Source of the DNA: an uncultured delta proteobacterium
GTDB taxonomy: Bacteria > Desulfobacterota > Desulfobacteria > Desulfobacterales > QNYZ01
Direction: 5' to 3'
DNA length: 64,000 nt
Assembly (NCBI GenBank): GCA_963845145.1
Contig: CAWJQU010000002.1
Location: forward strand, 384,001-448,000
Shown here: in pieces, positions 10,508-19,123 of the stretch
How positions within the stretch are numbered: the first letter of the stretch is position 1
Layout: each line of letters starts with the position of its first letter
Program-made: the position numbers and the translations under genes
Notes under the pieces: model-generated
The model's input: only the letters and a program-made list of their open reading frames with translations
Told to the model about the DNA's origin: nothing
The model's database searches: none

Positions 10508-10665
10508 AGGGCTCGCGAAAAAATGATTTCACATTTTATACGCCGATGCATCCCGTCTGGCGACGTTGTGAAAGCTCGGAATATCACGATATTCCAGCAC
10601 TTTCACGCCTTGCCAGGCGGGCGCCTCAACGCCTAAAATTGTGAACTTATTTTTGCGCGAACCCT
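10508..10665. repeat. 158-bp nested palindromic intergenic element (MITE-like)
   Basis: Imperfect ~31-bp terminal IRs agggctcgcgaaaaaatgatttcacatttta / taaaattgtgaacttatttttgcgcgaaccct; inner arms cccgtctggcga/ttgccaggcggg, gtgaaa/tttcac, ggaatatc/gatattcc. Confidence 0.75.
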
Positions 10666-10706
10666 TAATTTGAATGAATTAAAAAAACTTACACGATTCG
10701 AACGCC

Positions 10707-11561
10707 ATGCCGGAACTACCAGAAGTTCAAACCGTTATCACCGACCTGATTGCCGGTGGCCTGATTGGATGCAAATTATCCCGTGTCGATATATATCATG
10801 CGGGCATCATTGCCAAACTGACCCCGGACCGGTTTCGGCGTAAGGTAACCGGAAAGACCATTACCGGTATCCGTCGTCGGGGAAAGTACATCATTTTTGA
10901 CCTGTCGGGACCGACCCATCTGCTCGTTCACCTGCGCATGACCGGTCATCTTTACCTGTCGGAAAAGACGTTGCGACGGACGGCCCATGATCATATCATT
11001 TTGACCTTAGACGACGGGCGCAAGCTCAGATACCATGACCCGCGCAAGTTCGGCCGTTTTTTCCTCGTGGATCATCCTGACAAAATCGTTGGAAAACTGG
11101 GTCCTGAACCGCTGGCCGATGATTTTACCGCCCGAAGGTTCACCCGATTGCTTTCCCCGCGCAAACGGATGCTGAAACCGATGCTACTCGACCAGACGTT
11201 TATCGCCGGCTTGGGGAATATTTATGCCGACGAGTCGCTTTGGAGAGCCCATCTCCATCCGTGCCGGAATTCGGCCACTCTGGCCGATTCCGATATTCGA
11301 CGACTTCACCGGGCCATACGATTCGTCTTACGGGCCGGCATTAAAAATAACGGCACCACTTTAGGTGGGGGCGAAACGGGCTTTAACTCAGTCATGGGAC
11401 GACGTGGAAAAAATCGCGACAATTTGAAGGTTTTTCGTCGCGTCAATTTACCCTGCCCCCGCTGCCGAACATCCATTCAACGCATCGTCGTGGGTCAACG
11501 CAGCACGTTTTTTTGTGAAAAATGTCAGCCTATTACAAGAGAGAAAACCCAATGCCGTTAG
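10707..11561 (+). CDS. mutM: Formamidopyrimidine-DNA glycosylase
   Basis: MPELPEV, RRGKY, HLRMTG, DPRKFG, GLGNIYADE, zinc finger CPRC...CEKCQ. Confidence 0.97.
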   Translation: MPELPEVQTVITDLIAGGLIGCKLSRVDIYHAGIIAKLTPDRFRRKVTGKTITGIRRRGKYIIFDLSGPTHLLVHLRMTGHLYLSEKTLRRTAHDHIILTLDDGRKLRYHDPRKFGRFFLVDHPDKIVGKLGPEPLADDFTARRFTRLLSPRKRMLKPMLLDQTFIAGLGNIYADESLWRAHLHPCRNSATLADSDIRRLHRAIRFVLRAGIKNNGTTLGGGETGFNSVMGRRGKNRDNLKVFRRVNLPCPRCRTSIQRIVVGQRSTFFCEKCQPITREKTQCR

Positions 11562-12136
11562 CATTTAATTCCATCAGTCATGGTCAGGTTGTTTTCGGAT
11601 TTTTTAATATCGAATCCGATATGCTGCTCCTGGAAAACGACTTCTTTTTTTCGACAACCTTTTGTGCGTACATATCCCAGCTCGCTGAAGACAACGACCG
11701 TTCGGCCCCTGTGTCTTTTCCGGGCGTAACCATCAATCAACCCGATGACATCGGTGATCTGATGAGCGCCATTCACGGCATCCGCCATACGGGATTTATC
11801 GGCGAATTGTATCGCCATTTTCCCTTTCCCGAAAACCCAGCGGATTTCAAACAAAACCCGGAGGGAACAGCTTCCCATGATTTGGTTAAAACGCTGATCG
11901 CCGGTTATGGCCAAGACGCGCAAATACCTTTTCTTCAAGACCGTGGTGGTGCCGAAATAACGATAGGTGAATACCGCTTTGACCGAACCTCTTTTCATCA
12001 ATTGCTCGATTATGTCTGGAAAGGCGGGCTTCCTCAATGGAAAGACGAGAAACCCCCTCACTATGTGACGCGCATGAAGGCTTCTGTTTTAGAAAGCAGG
12101 AACCCAATATTCTTGGATATGGCCTTTACGGAATAG
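11552..12136 (+). CDS. Conserved-looking hypothetical protein overlapping the mutM stop
   Basis: ORF MPLAFNSISHG...; 10-nt overlap with mutM suggests translational coupling. Confidence 0.7.
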   Translation: MPLAFNSISHGQVVFGFFNIESDMLLLENDFFFSTTFCAYISQLAEDNDRSAPVSFPGVTINQPDDIGDLMSAIHGIRHTGFIGELYRHFPFPENPADFKQNPEGTASHDLVKTLIAGYGQDAQIPFLQDRGGAEITIGEYRFDRTSFHQLLDYVWKGGLPQWKDEKPPHYVTRMKASVLESRNPIFLDMAFTE

Positions 12137-12262
12137 TCATTTTTGTTCTGAATAACGACCACAGTTTGATAGGCTAATATGCGGGTTGCCTCCCCTTACT
12201 TGACACCAAACCCGCCTCTACCGTAGAGTTAGACATGACTGCAAATGAATAGGAGGTAAAAA

Positions 12263-12964
12263 ATGACGATCCCCTACTGGAAAATGGTGGCGGAAAACAT
12301 CGCTAAAGGGCTGGGTCCGAAAACCATCGGCCGACTGGGTGCAGGCGGCCGCATACTATCACGCACAGGAGCGGTGGTGGGCGTCGGCTTCCTCGCTTAT
12401 GAATTGTTCAAGAGCTACAAAGACAATATCGAGAAAGAACCAGCCTTTCAGGAGATGACCATTCTCCAGGCGGAAATGGAAAAATGGGGCAACGCAATCT
12501 CCTCTCTCGGACGTGAACCGTATAGTGATGCTCCCTATGGCTCCATCGAAGAGGGGGGCGCCATCAATGCCTTGTCCAAAAAGAAACTACTTGGAAAAGA
12601 AGGCGAAAAACCCGCAGACCCCAAAGAAGCCGTGGCGTTGATCGAAAGAGCGGCCCAATACATTGATGCGACCCAGAACGCATTTGAAGACGAAGAATTT
12701 GACACCAAAAAAGCAGACTTAATCGACCGTTTGAATGGACTCAAACGCAAAATCAATCGCACCGATGCTTTAAAAAAGGATGCTTTCAAACCGGTTCAAA
12801 AATCACTCGCCGATATTGTTAATGAAATCAGACCGATTGAATCGGCCTATTCCACTCGCATTTATGATTGTAGCAGGGATATTCAAAAATCGCTGGGGTC
12901 CAACGCCGCCTGGGCGGCTATCTCGATGGCCACCTTGGGGCTCATTAAAAAGCCTAACGACTGA
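12263..12964 (+). CDS. Hypothetical protein
   Basis: TTGACA-18-TAGAGT promoter at 12200-12229, AGGAGGT RBS, Gly-rich hydrophobic N-terminal segment, helical remainder. Confidence 0.75.
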   Translation: MTIPYWKMVAENIAKGLGPKTIGRLGAGGRILSRTGAVVGVGFLAYELFKSYKDNIEKEPAFQEMTILQAEMEKWGNAISSLGREPYSDAPYGSIEEGGAINALSKKKLLGKEGEKPADPKEAVALIERAAQYIDATQNAFEDEEFDTKKADLIDRLNGLKRKINRTDALKKDAFKPVQKSLADIVNEIRPIESAYSTRIYDCSRDIQKSLGSNAAWAAISMATLGLIKKPND

Positions 12965-12968
12965 TTAC

Positions 12969-14003
12969 ATGCAGAAAAATGACCTCTTGACCCACCGTGA
13001 ATTAAGCGCATGTGTGGAACTGGGTAAGGCGCTAACATCCGAGTTGGATGCCGGCCGATTGCTGGAAAGGATTTTGCAAAAAATCAAAGACCTCCTGCCG
13101 GCGATGAACTGGTCGCTATTGTTGATAGAAGAAAAAACGAACGCGCTACGCTTTGAGTTATGTATTGGCCTGGACATTGATCTGGTTAGAGACATTCGCA
13201 TTCCCCTTAACGAAGGCATCGCCGGCCGGGTGGCCAGCAGCCAGAAGCCTTTAATTGTACAAAATGTCCAAAAAAGTTCTTTTTTTTCCAACCGGGTGGA
13301 TCAGCTTTCGAATTACACTACCCGTTCAATTATTTGTGTGCCGTTGATCTTCGCGGGAAAATCATTGGGGGTCATTGAAGTGGTTAACCCCCGGCACGTA
13401 AAAGAAAATACGCTATCTTTGTTATCCATTATCGCAGACTACGCCGCCATAGCGGTCGAGAATATGCGCCGCTACCAAAAAATCCATAATCTCGCCATTC
13501 ACGATGACTTAACCGGCCTGTACAACCAGCGCTATCTGTACACTACGCTCAACCGGCTTATCTCCAATCATCAAGGTGATAATTACCCTGTCTCACTTAT
13601 TTTTTTGGACGTGGACAATTTTAAGCATGTGGTCGATACATATGGCCATCTTAAGGGGAGCCAAACACTGCAGGAACTGGCCCAAACAATCGCAGCGTCT
13701 CTGAAAGAACCGGCCTTTGGGGTCGCTTATGGCGGCGATGAATTTGTTGTTGTTTTGCCCGGTATGAAGAAAATCCATGCACTCCAGAAAGCAGATGATA
13801 TTCGTTCTGCCATTAGCCAATCGGTATACCTATCCACCTATGACCACGCGCTCAGCTTACATGCAAGTTTGGGTGTCGCCACATATCCGGATGATGCGAA
13901 TGATGTCGCCGGTCTGTTGGCTTTGGCCGATCATGCCATGTTCGATGTCAAAGCGGATGGAAAAAACGCCGTCAAAGCATTTACCGAACAAACCGAAGTG
14001 TAG
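12969..14003 (+). CDS. GAF-GGDEF diguanylate cyclase
   Basis: GAF (EGIAGRV, IICVPL, GVIEVVN), DDLTGLYN, DVDNFK, YGGDEF; start moved to ATG 12969. Confidence 0.92.
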   Translation: MQKNDLLTHRELSACVELGKALTSELDAGRLLERILQKIKDLLPAMNWSLLLIEEKTNALRFELCIGLDIDLVRDIRIPLNEGIAGRVASSQKPLIVQNVQKSSFFSNRVDQLSNYTTRSIICVPLIFAGKSLGVIEVVNPRHVKENTLSLLSIIADYAAIAVENMRRYQKIHNLAIHDDLTGLYNQRYLYTTLNRLISNHQGDNYPVSLIFLDVDNFKHVVDTYGHLKGSQTLQELAQTIAASLKEPAFGVAYGGDEFVVVLPGMKKIHALQKADDIRSAISQSVYLSTYDHALSLHASLGVATYPDDANDVAGLLALADHAMFDVKADGKNAVKAFTEQTEV

Positions 14004-14042
14004 TATCGTACTTACAAATTCCAATATCCGAAAAAAACTGCG

Positions 14043-14558
14043 ATGATCGATAAATCAAACCTGATTCCTCTTGGCAACTTTGACGCCGACGGCACCTGTT
14101 TTGCCTGTGGACCGGAAAATTCAGCTGGCCTGCACATGCATTTTCACACCAACGGCGAAACGGTTTTTTCATGGTTGAAGGTGCCTCGGCACCTGTGCGG
14201 TTGGCAAAATATCCTGCATGGCGGCATCATATCGACAATTTTAGATGAAGTCATGAGTTGGACGGCACACCACCTGATAAAAAAACTGATACTAACCCGC
14301 TCCATATCCATCGAATTTTTGCGCCCCGTCTATGTTGAATCAGATTTACGCGCCGAAGGGGAAATTCATTGTCTCAAGTCCGAACGGGAGGCCATATTGA
14401 ATGCGCGTCTTTTTAATGCTTCCGAAAAAATCTGCGCCAAGGCGACCGGCTCTTTTGCCTTGTTAACGCCCAAGGTGGCCCGACGCCTGGGTGTATTCGA
14501 TGAAACAATCATTGAAAAATTTGAAAGGTTTTTTCAACCCTCTTCTGATCGTCTTTAA
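14043..14558 (+). CDS. PaaI-family hotdog-fold thioesterase
   Basis: CFACGPENSAGL, HGGIISTILDE, FLRPV. Confidence 0.88.
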   Translation: MIDKSNLIPLGNFDADGTCFACGPENSAGLHMHFHTNGETVFSWLKVPRHLCGWQNILHGGIISTILDEVMSWTAHHLIKKLILTRSISIEFLRPVYVESDLRAEGEIHCLKSEREAILNARLFNASEKICAKATGSFALLTPKVARRLGVFDETIIEKFERFFQPSSDRL

Positions 14559-14630
14559 CGATCCATTTTAACGACCCATGAGCTTGCTGCCCAACCACAG
14601 GCAGGCAAATCGTCCATATTAGGAAAGCGC

Positions 14631-14936
14631 ATGCTGACAATACCGGTTGTTCCAATGAACCCGAAGAAAGAATACAAGGGCTCGCAATGTATCTCGCACG
14701 CCACGCTACCCCTTTTTTATATGTCTGATTTTTCAATTGTAGGTTTGCGGGTAAGTCCCTATGACAAAGCGGTCAAAGTACTTGGAAAACAAAAAAATCG
14801 CCTGGTCATAGACCACACCGGTGTAAAACTGGTAATCGATAACTTCGACGGATTAAAAGAGACGATTCGTGGGTTGCAAGCAGATTCCATCCGATGCGAC
14901 CTGTCTGATATTACCGTCGAAATCTACCAGGGGTGA
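14631..14936 (+). CDS. Hypothetical protein
   Basis: AGGA RBS, 101-aa ORF ending EIYQG, followed by a hairpin. Confidence 0.65.
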   Translation: MLTIPVVPMNPKKEYKGSQCISHATLPLFYMSDFSIVGLRVSPYDKAVKVLGKQKNRLVIDHTGVKLVIDNFDGLKETIRGLQADSIRCDLSDITVEIYQG

Positions 14937-14945
14937 TAAGAAACG

Positions 14946-14966
14946 TTTCTCTCCCGGAGGGAGAAA
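14946..14966. terminator. Probable bidirectional terminator hairpin
   Basis: tttctctcc-cgga-gggagaaa between convergent ORFs. Confidence 0.45.
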
Positions 14967-14986
14967 TGGAATGGCCCCCAGACACA

Positions 14987-15160
14987 TCAGTCATCTTTGT
15001 TGCCAACCCGCTGATTATCAGTCCGGCAAACATGACACCGATCTTCACTACACTGCTGGCAGGCATGGCAATCGGGACATGGGTGCTTTTTGCACTGACC
15101 CGGTTTGGCATCGGGAACGTAAACCTTGCCCCTGAAGCCCGGGATTCGTTGCCAGCCCAT
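14987..15160 (-). CDS. Small Cys-rich putative metal-binding protein, 57 aa (not in ORF track)
   Basis: AAGGAG RBS; MGWQRIPGFRGKVYVPDAKPGQCKKHPCPDCHACQQCSEDRCHVCRTDNQRVGNKDD*. Confidence 0.75.
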   Translation of the reverse strand: MGWQRIPGFRGKVYVPDAKPGQCKKHPCPDCHACQQCSEDRCHVCRTDNQRVGNKDD

Positions 15161-15260
15161 CTGCTAACTCCTTCTTTTGTTCCCTTTTGATTTCATGCCC
15201 GAATTCATTCAATTCTTCAAAGTTCATGACGCTAATCATTGGCATCGAACGGGTTCATGT

Positions 15261-15821
15261 TCACGATAGACCGATACCATAGGCTTTTAACATCTTGTCC
15301 AATGTCTTTCGATTGCTCACCAGTTTGTCCAGCCAGGCATAGAACCTGTTCCCGTGATTCTTGATGCGGGTATGAACCAGTTCGTGCAAAATAACATAAT
15401 CCATCAACTTTTCTGGTAACCGCGTCAGTTTGATATTGAGATTGATATTGTTTTTCGTCGAACAACTTCCCCAACGGGTCTTCTGGTTACGAATATAAAC
15501 ACGATTATACGAAAAACCATGGGCCTGCGCGAGGTCATCGATGCGTTGACGCAGTACTTTTCCGGCCGTCTCCCGATCGATGTTTTCAAATAGGCCGGAT
15601 AAAGTGGCGTGCTCTTTTTCAATGTGGGCAATTTTTTCCAGTTGATTTTTTATCCATGGCCGGTTGTCAGCAGCGAAAGACAGGGCTTGCTTAAACGAAA
15701 CCCCGCACGGAACAGCCACACGCACACCCTTAAAAGGTCGGACGGTGATGTTGATTCTTTTGGCCCTGGGACTGCGTTCAAAATTAACCGGGCCGATGTT
15801 TTCAATCCGATATTGTGTCAT
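15261..15821 (-). CDS. YgjP/DUF45 (M48-like) zinc metallohydrolase
   Basis: RSPRAKR, QKTRWGSCS, YVILHELVH, NHG. Confidence 0.9.
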   Translation of the reverse strand: MTQYRIENIGPVNFERSPRAKRINITVRPFKGVRVAVPCGVSFKQALSFAADNRPWIKNQLEKIAHIEKEHATLSGLFENIDRETAGKVLRQRIDDLAQAHGFSYNRVYIRNQKTRWGSCSTKNNINLNIKLTRLPEKLMDYVILHELVHTRIKNHGNRFYAWLDKLVSNRKTLDKMLKAYGIGLS

Positions 15822-15864
15822 GGTATCCGGCTTAAAGGGGGTACAGGTGATTACGCGATCGACT

Positions 15865-16674
15865 TCAGGCGAGAATAGCGGCCATCACATCATAATGGTT
15901 GAAGGGGGGCATGATACAAACGCCGGAAAAAAGGTCTTGAGCCACAGCCAGCATCTCCGCGGCGTGGCTTGCTCCTTCGCTCACAGTGTCGCCGGCCTTG
16001 GCCATCCGATTTCGGACCGCTTTGGGGACCGTGATCCCGGTCACCCGGTGATGCAGAAATTCGGCATGGCGAGCTGTTCGCAGGGGAAGTATCCCCATAA
16101 TCAAAGGAAGGTCCAGATGCCGTGTGACATCGGCCAGCATCTTCGCACCGTTCTCATCGTAAACCGGTTGGGTAACGACATATTGAGCACCGGCTGCCAC
16201 CTTTTGTTCCAGTCGCTTAACGGCTTCGAGAAAACCCGGTGACCCGGGATTGGGGTCCAGCACCACACCGGTGGTCAAACCAATTTTTCGGGCAGCGCCA
16301 ATAAGATCAAATACATTCATGTCGTAAACAGCGTGGGTGTGCTCCCGGTCTTTTAATGCGACGAAATCACCTGTGGCCGCAAGAATCGTATCAATGCCCA
16401 GGGCCTTGGCTCCGGAGAGCAAACTAAAAATTCCCAACCGGTTATGATCCCTGGGGGTACAATGCAATATAGCCGGTTTACCGAGCTGTTGTTGAATCAG
16501 CGCGCAAACCACCATGGCGCTCATGCTCGGTTTGGCCAGGGGATTGGTGGCTACACTGAACCCGTCAAACGGTAGCCCTGCCAGATTTTTCAGTTCGGTT
16601 AACAACGGATCGGCGTCCGCGGTCTCGGGCGGAACCACTTCAATCGTGATGCTAAATGAATCCTTCGTATACAT
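15865..16674 (-). CDS. metF: Methylenetetrahydrofolate reductase family protein
   Basis: IEVVPP, HCTPRDHN, ATGD, KVAAGAQYVVTQPVY, MGILPL. Confidence 0.82.
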   Translation of the reverse strand: MYTKDSFSITIEVVPPETADADPLLTELKNLAGLPFDGFSVATNPLAKPSMSAMVVCALIQQQLGKPAILHCTPRDHNRLGIFSLLSGAKALGIDTILAATGDFVALKDREHTHAVYDMNVFDLIGAARKIGLTTGVVLDPNPGSPGFLEAVKRLEQKVAAGAQYVVTQPVYDENGAKMLADVTRHLDLPLIMGILPLRTARHAEFLHHRVTGITVPKAVRNRMAKAGDTVSEGASHAAEMLAVAQDLFSGVCIMPPFNHYDVMAAILA

Positions 16675-16677
16675 CGG

Positions 16678-17481
16678 CTACCTTTTCCCCTGGGCCCTTT
16701 CAATGATCTTGTCGTATTCGCTACTATAAACGGGCAGGTCTTTTTCAACAAAAATGCCGCGTTCGATCAATTCCGGATTTTCCTGTTTCGCTTTTGAGCC
16801 GATGGTCGTGGTGGCATCTTTCATGGCCGCCATCATATCGACGGCACTACCCAGCCTGTTTTTTCGACCAAAATAGGTGGGACACTGGCTTAGAATCTCC
16901 ACCACTGAAAAGCCTTCATGCAAAATGGCTTTTCGAATAAGGTCTTTGATCTGGCGAACATGGTAGGTCGTGGTACGGGCCACAAAGGTGGCTCCGGCCG
17001 CTTTGGCCATTTTCACCACATCAAAATCGTGATCGATGTTGGTATAGGGTGCCGTGGAGGCCATTATGCCGTATCCGGAAAGGGGCGAGTACTGTCCCCC
17101 GGTCATACCGTAAATACGATTATTCATCACGAGCGCGGTCATATCGATATTGCGCCGGGCGGCATGGATAAAATGATTGCCGCCGATGGAGAGGGCATCA
17201 CCGTCACCCATGGGTACAATCACGTTCAACGCCGGCAAGCTCAGCTTGACCCCTGTGGCAAAAGCCAGCGCCCGACCATGAAGGGTGTGAAGGGTGTGAA
17301 AATCCACATATCCCGATATCCGTGACGAACACCCGATCCCCGAGGCCATGACAATCTCGTTTTTGCTCAGTCCCAGAGACTCGATGGCTCTCAGCATGCC
17401 GTTCAGCACGGTGCCGTGCCCACATCCCGGGCACCACATATGGGGGAAAAACCGCTGCCGTATATAATCTTTTATGGCCAT
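16678..17481 (-). CDS. korB: 2-oxoacid:ferredoxin oxidoreductase beta subunit
   Basis: WCPGCG, SGIGCS, HGRA, TPP motif GDGD...NN, YGMTGGQ. Confidence 0.93.
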   Translation of the reverse strand: MAIKDYIRQRFFPHMWCPGCGHGTVLNGMLRAIESLGLSKNEIVMASGIGCSSRISGYVDFHTLHTLHGRALAFATGVKLSLPALNVIVPMGDGDALSIGGNHFIHAARRNIDMTALVMNNRIYGMTGGQYSPLSGYGIMASTAPYTNIDHDFDVVKMAKAAGATFVARTTTYHVRQIKDLIRKAILHEGFSVVEILSQCPTYFGRKNRLGSAVDMMAAMKDATTTIGSKAKQENPELIERGIFVEKDLPVYSSEYDKIIERAQGKR

Positions 17482-17483
17482 AA

Positions 17484-18632
17484 TTATACCCCTTTACCCT
17501 GAATCACCCGCAGGATTTTCTTGATATCTTGATCAGAAATAAACATACCGTCGATTCGATTGGCCAGAACAACACGGTCAGGTGAATCCACCGCAGTTTT
17601 AACCGAGCGAATCACTTGGCCCATATTCATCTCCACCACCACAATATGCCGGGCGTTCTTACATTTCTCTTTGACAATATTATAGGGAAACGGCCAGAGG
17701 GTTTGAAGCTCCAGCATGCCCAGACGGATACCCCGGGGCCGCAAGCTCTCCACCACATGAAGGGCCGACCGCGCCGCGGAGCCGTATGAGATAAGAATGG
17801 TCTCGGCATCGTCCAAATGAAATTCCTTATACCGCACGATGTCATCCACATTGTTCGCAATTTTATCTATCAAATGCCGAAGTAACCCGTGAACGATCTC
17901 GGGGTTGGAGGTGGGAAACCCCCACATATCATGATATAAACCGGTGACATTGTATCGGTGAACACTACCGAAATCGGACATGGGCAAACGACCATCTTCC
18001 CGGGGCAGATAGGGATGATAGTCGACGCCGCCCTTTACCGAAGTCCTCAGTCGCTCTACCACGGGTATTTCATCCGGCCCGGGCAACTCCAGACGCTCCC
18101 TCATATGACCAATGACCTCATCAAAGAGCAGAATCACCGGGGTTCGATAGGTTTCAGCCAGGTTGAACGCCTCAACCGTCATTTTAAACACATCCTGGTG
18201 GTTGGATGCCGTCATGGCGATGATGGCATGATCACCATGCGTGCCCCACCGCGCCTGCATCACATCGCCCTGGCCACCGGCAGTGGGCAACCCGGTAGAG
18301 GGCCCCCCGCGCATGACGTTCACAATGACACAGGGAATCTCGGCCATCACGGCATAGCCGATCCCCTCCTGCATCAAAGAAAAGCCCGGACCACTGGTGG
18401 CGGTCATGACCTTGCTACCGGTCAGGGATGCACCGATGATGGCACAGATGGATGAGATTTCATCCTCCATCTGAATAAACTTTGCCCCTTGTTGGGGCAG
18501 GCGTGAAGAGAGCGCTTCGGCGATTTCAGATGATGGTGTAATGGGGTAACCGGCAAAAAAGTTCAGCCCGGCATAGAGCGCCCCTTCCACACAAGCTTCA
18601 TTGCCCTGAAGGAATTTAATATTATTTTTCAT
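17484..18632 (-). CDS. korA: 2-oxoacid:ferredoxin oxidoreductase alpha subunit
   Basis: AGYPITPSSE, QMEDE, TATSGPGFSLMQE, RGGPSTG, EMNMGQ. Confidence 0.93.
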   Translation of the reverse strand: MKNNIKFLQGNEACVEGALYAGLNFFAGYPITPSSEIAEALSSRLPQQGAKFIQMEDEISSICAIIGASLTGSKVMTATSGPGFSLMQEGIGYAVMAEIPCVIVNVMRGGPSTGLPTAGGQGDVMQARWGTHGDHAIIAMTASNHQDVFKMTVEAFNLAETYRTPVILLFDEVIGHMRERLELPGPDEIPVVERLRTSVKGGVDYHPYLPREDGRLPMSDFGSVHRYNVTGLYHDMWGFPTSNPEIVHGLLRHLIDKIANNVDDIVRYKEFHLDDAETILISYGSAARSALHVVESLRPRGIRLGMLELQTLWPFPYNIVKEKCKNARHIVVVEMNMGQVIRSVKTAVDSPDRVVLANRIDGMFISDQDIKKILRVIQGKGV

Positions 18633-18858
18633 TGGCGCCGTCCTCTTTGGTTTCGGTAGTCACTTCAATGGCAAGGTCCGGGCATCGCTCTTCGCACATC
18701 ATACAACAGATACAATCTTCAGGTCGGACAGCGGTCGATTTATCTTTTTTATCCAATTCCAAAACATCTTTAGGACAAAAATGGACGCAAATGCCGCACC
18801 CCTTGCACCACTCCCGGTTGATGTCGATCGCCTTCAATTTCGGTTTCGGTTTGGCCAT
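18622..18858 (-). CDS. korD: 2-oxoacid:ferredoxin oxidoreductase delta (2x4Fe-4S) subunit
   Basis: CKGCGICVHFCP and CICCMMCEERCP; overlaps korA start. Confidence 0.9.
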   Translation of the reverse strand: MAKPKPKLKAIDINREWCKGCGICVHFCPKDVLELDKKDKSTAVRPEDCICCMMCEERCPDLAIEVTTETKEDGANEK

Positions 18859-19123
18859 GTCTTATCACCTCGTCGGTTGAACAAACACCCAGTTTATTTT
18901 AACCCAGCCGTTTAAATCTATACATACCCTACTCGATCTAAACGGGCAAACGGCAATATCAAATCGCCTTTGTAAATACAAGCCGAATAAAAACAACCTA
19001 AAATAGACAATCAAAGGCGCAAGAAAAATCGCTCAAATACATAAGCATTTACACCCATGAAAAAAATATGGTACTAAAATGAATCCTTTAACCCATTAAC
19101 TACTAATATTACAAGGGATTCAT

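Noticed and set aside
10327..10644. ORFs 10327-10587(-) and 10462-10644(+)
   Set aside because: They overlap the palindromic element and have no protein motifs
14924..14989. Sec read-through of the UGA ending the 57-aa Cys-rich protein
   Set aside because: The nearby hairpin is better explained as a terminator between convergent genes, and the extension would run into the opposite gene
14933..15190. Plus-strand 85-aa ORF
   Set aside because: Antisense shadow of the Cys-rich minus-strand gene, which has the RBS and motif
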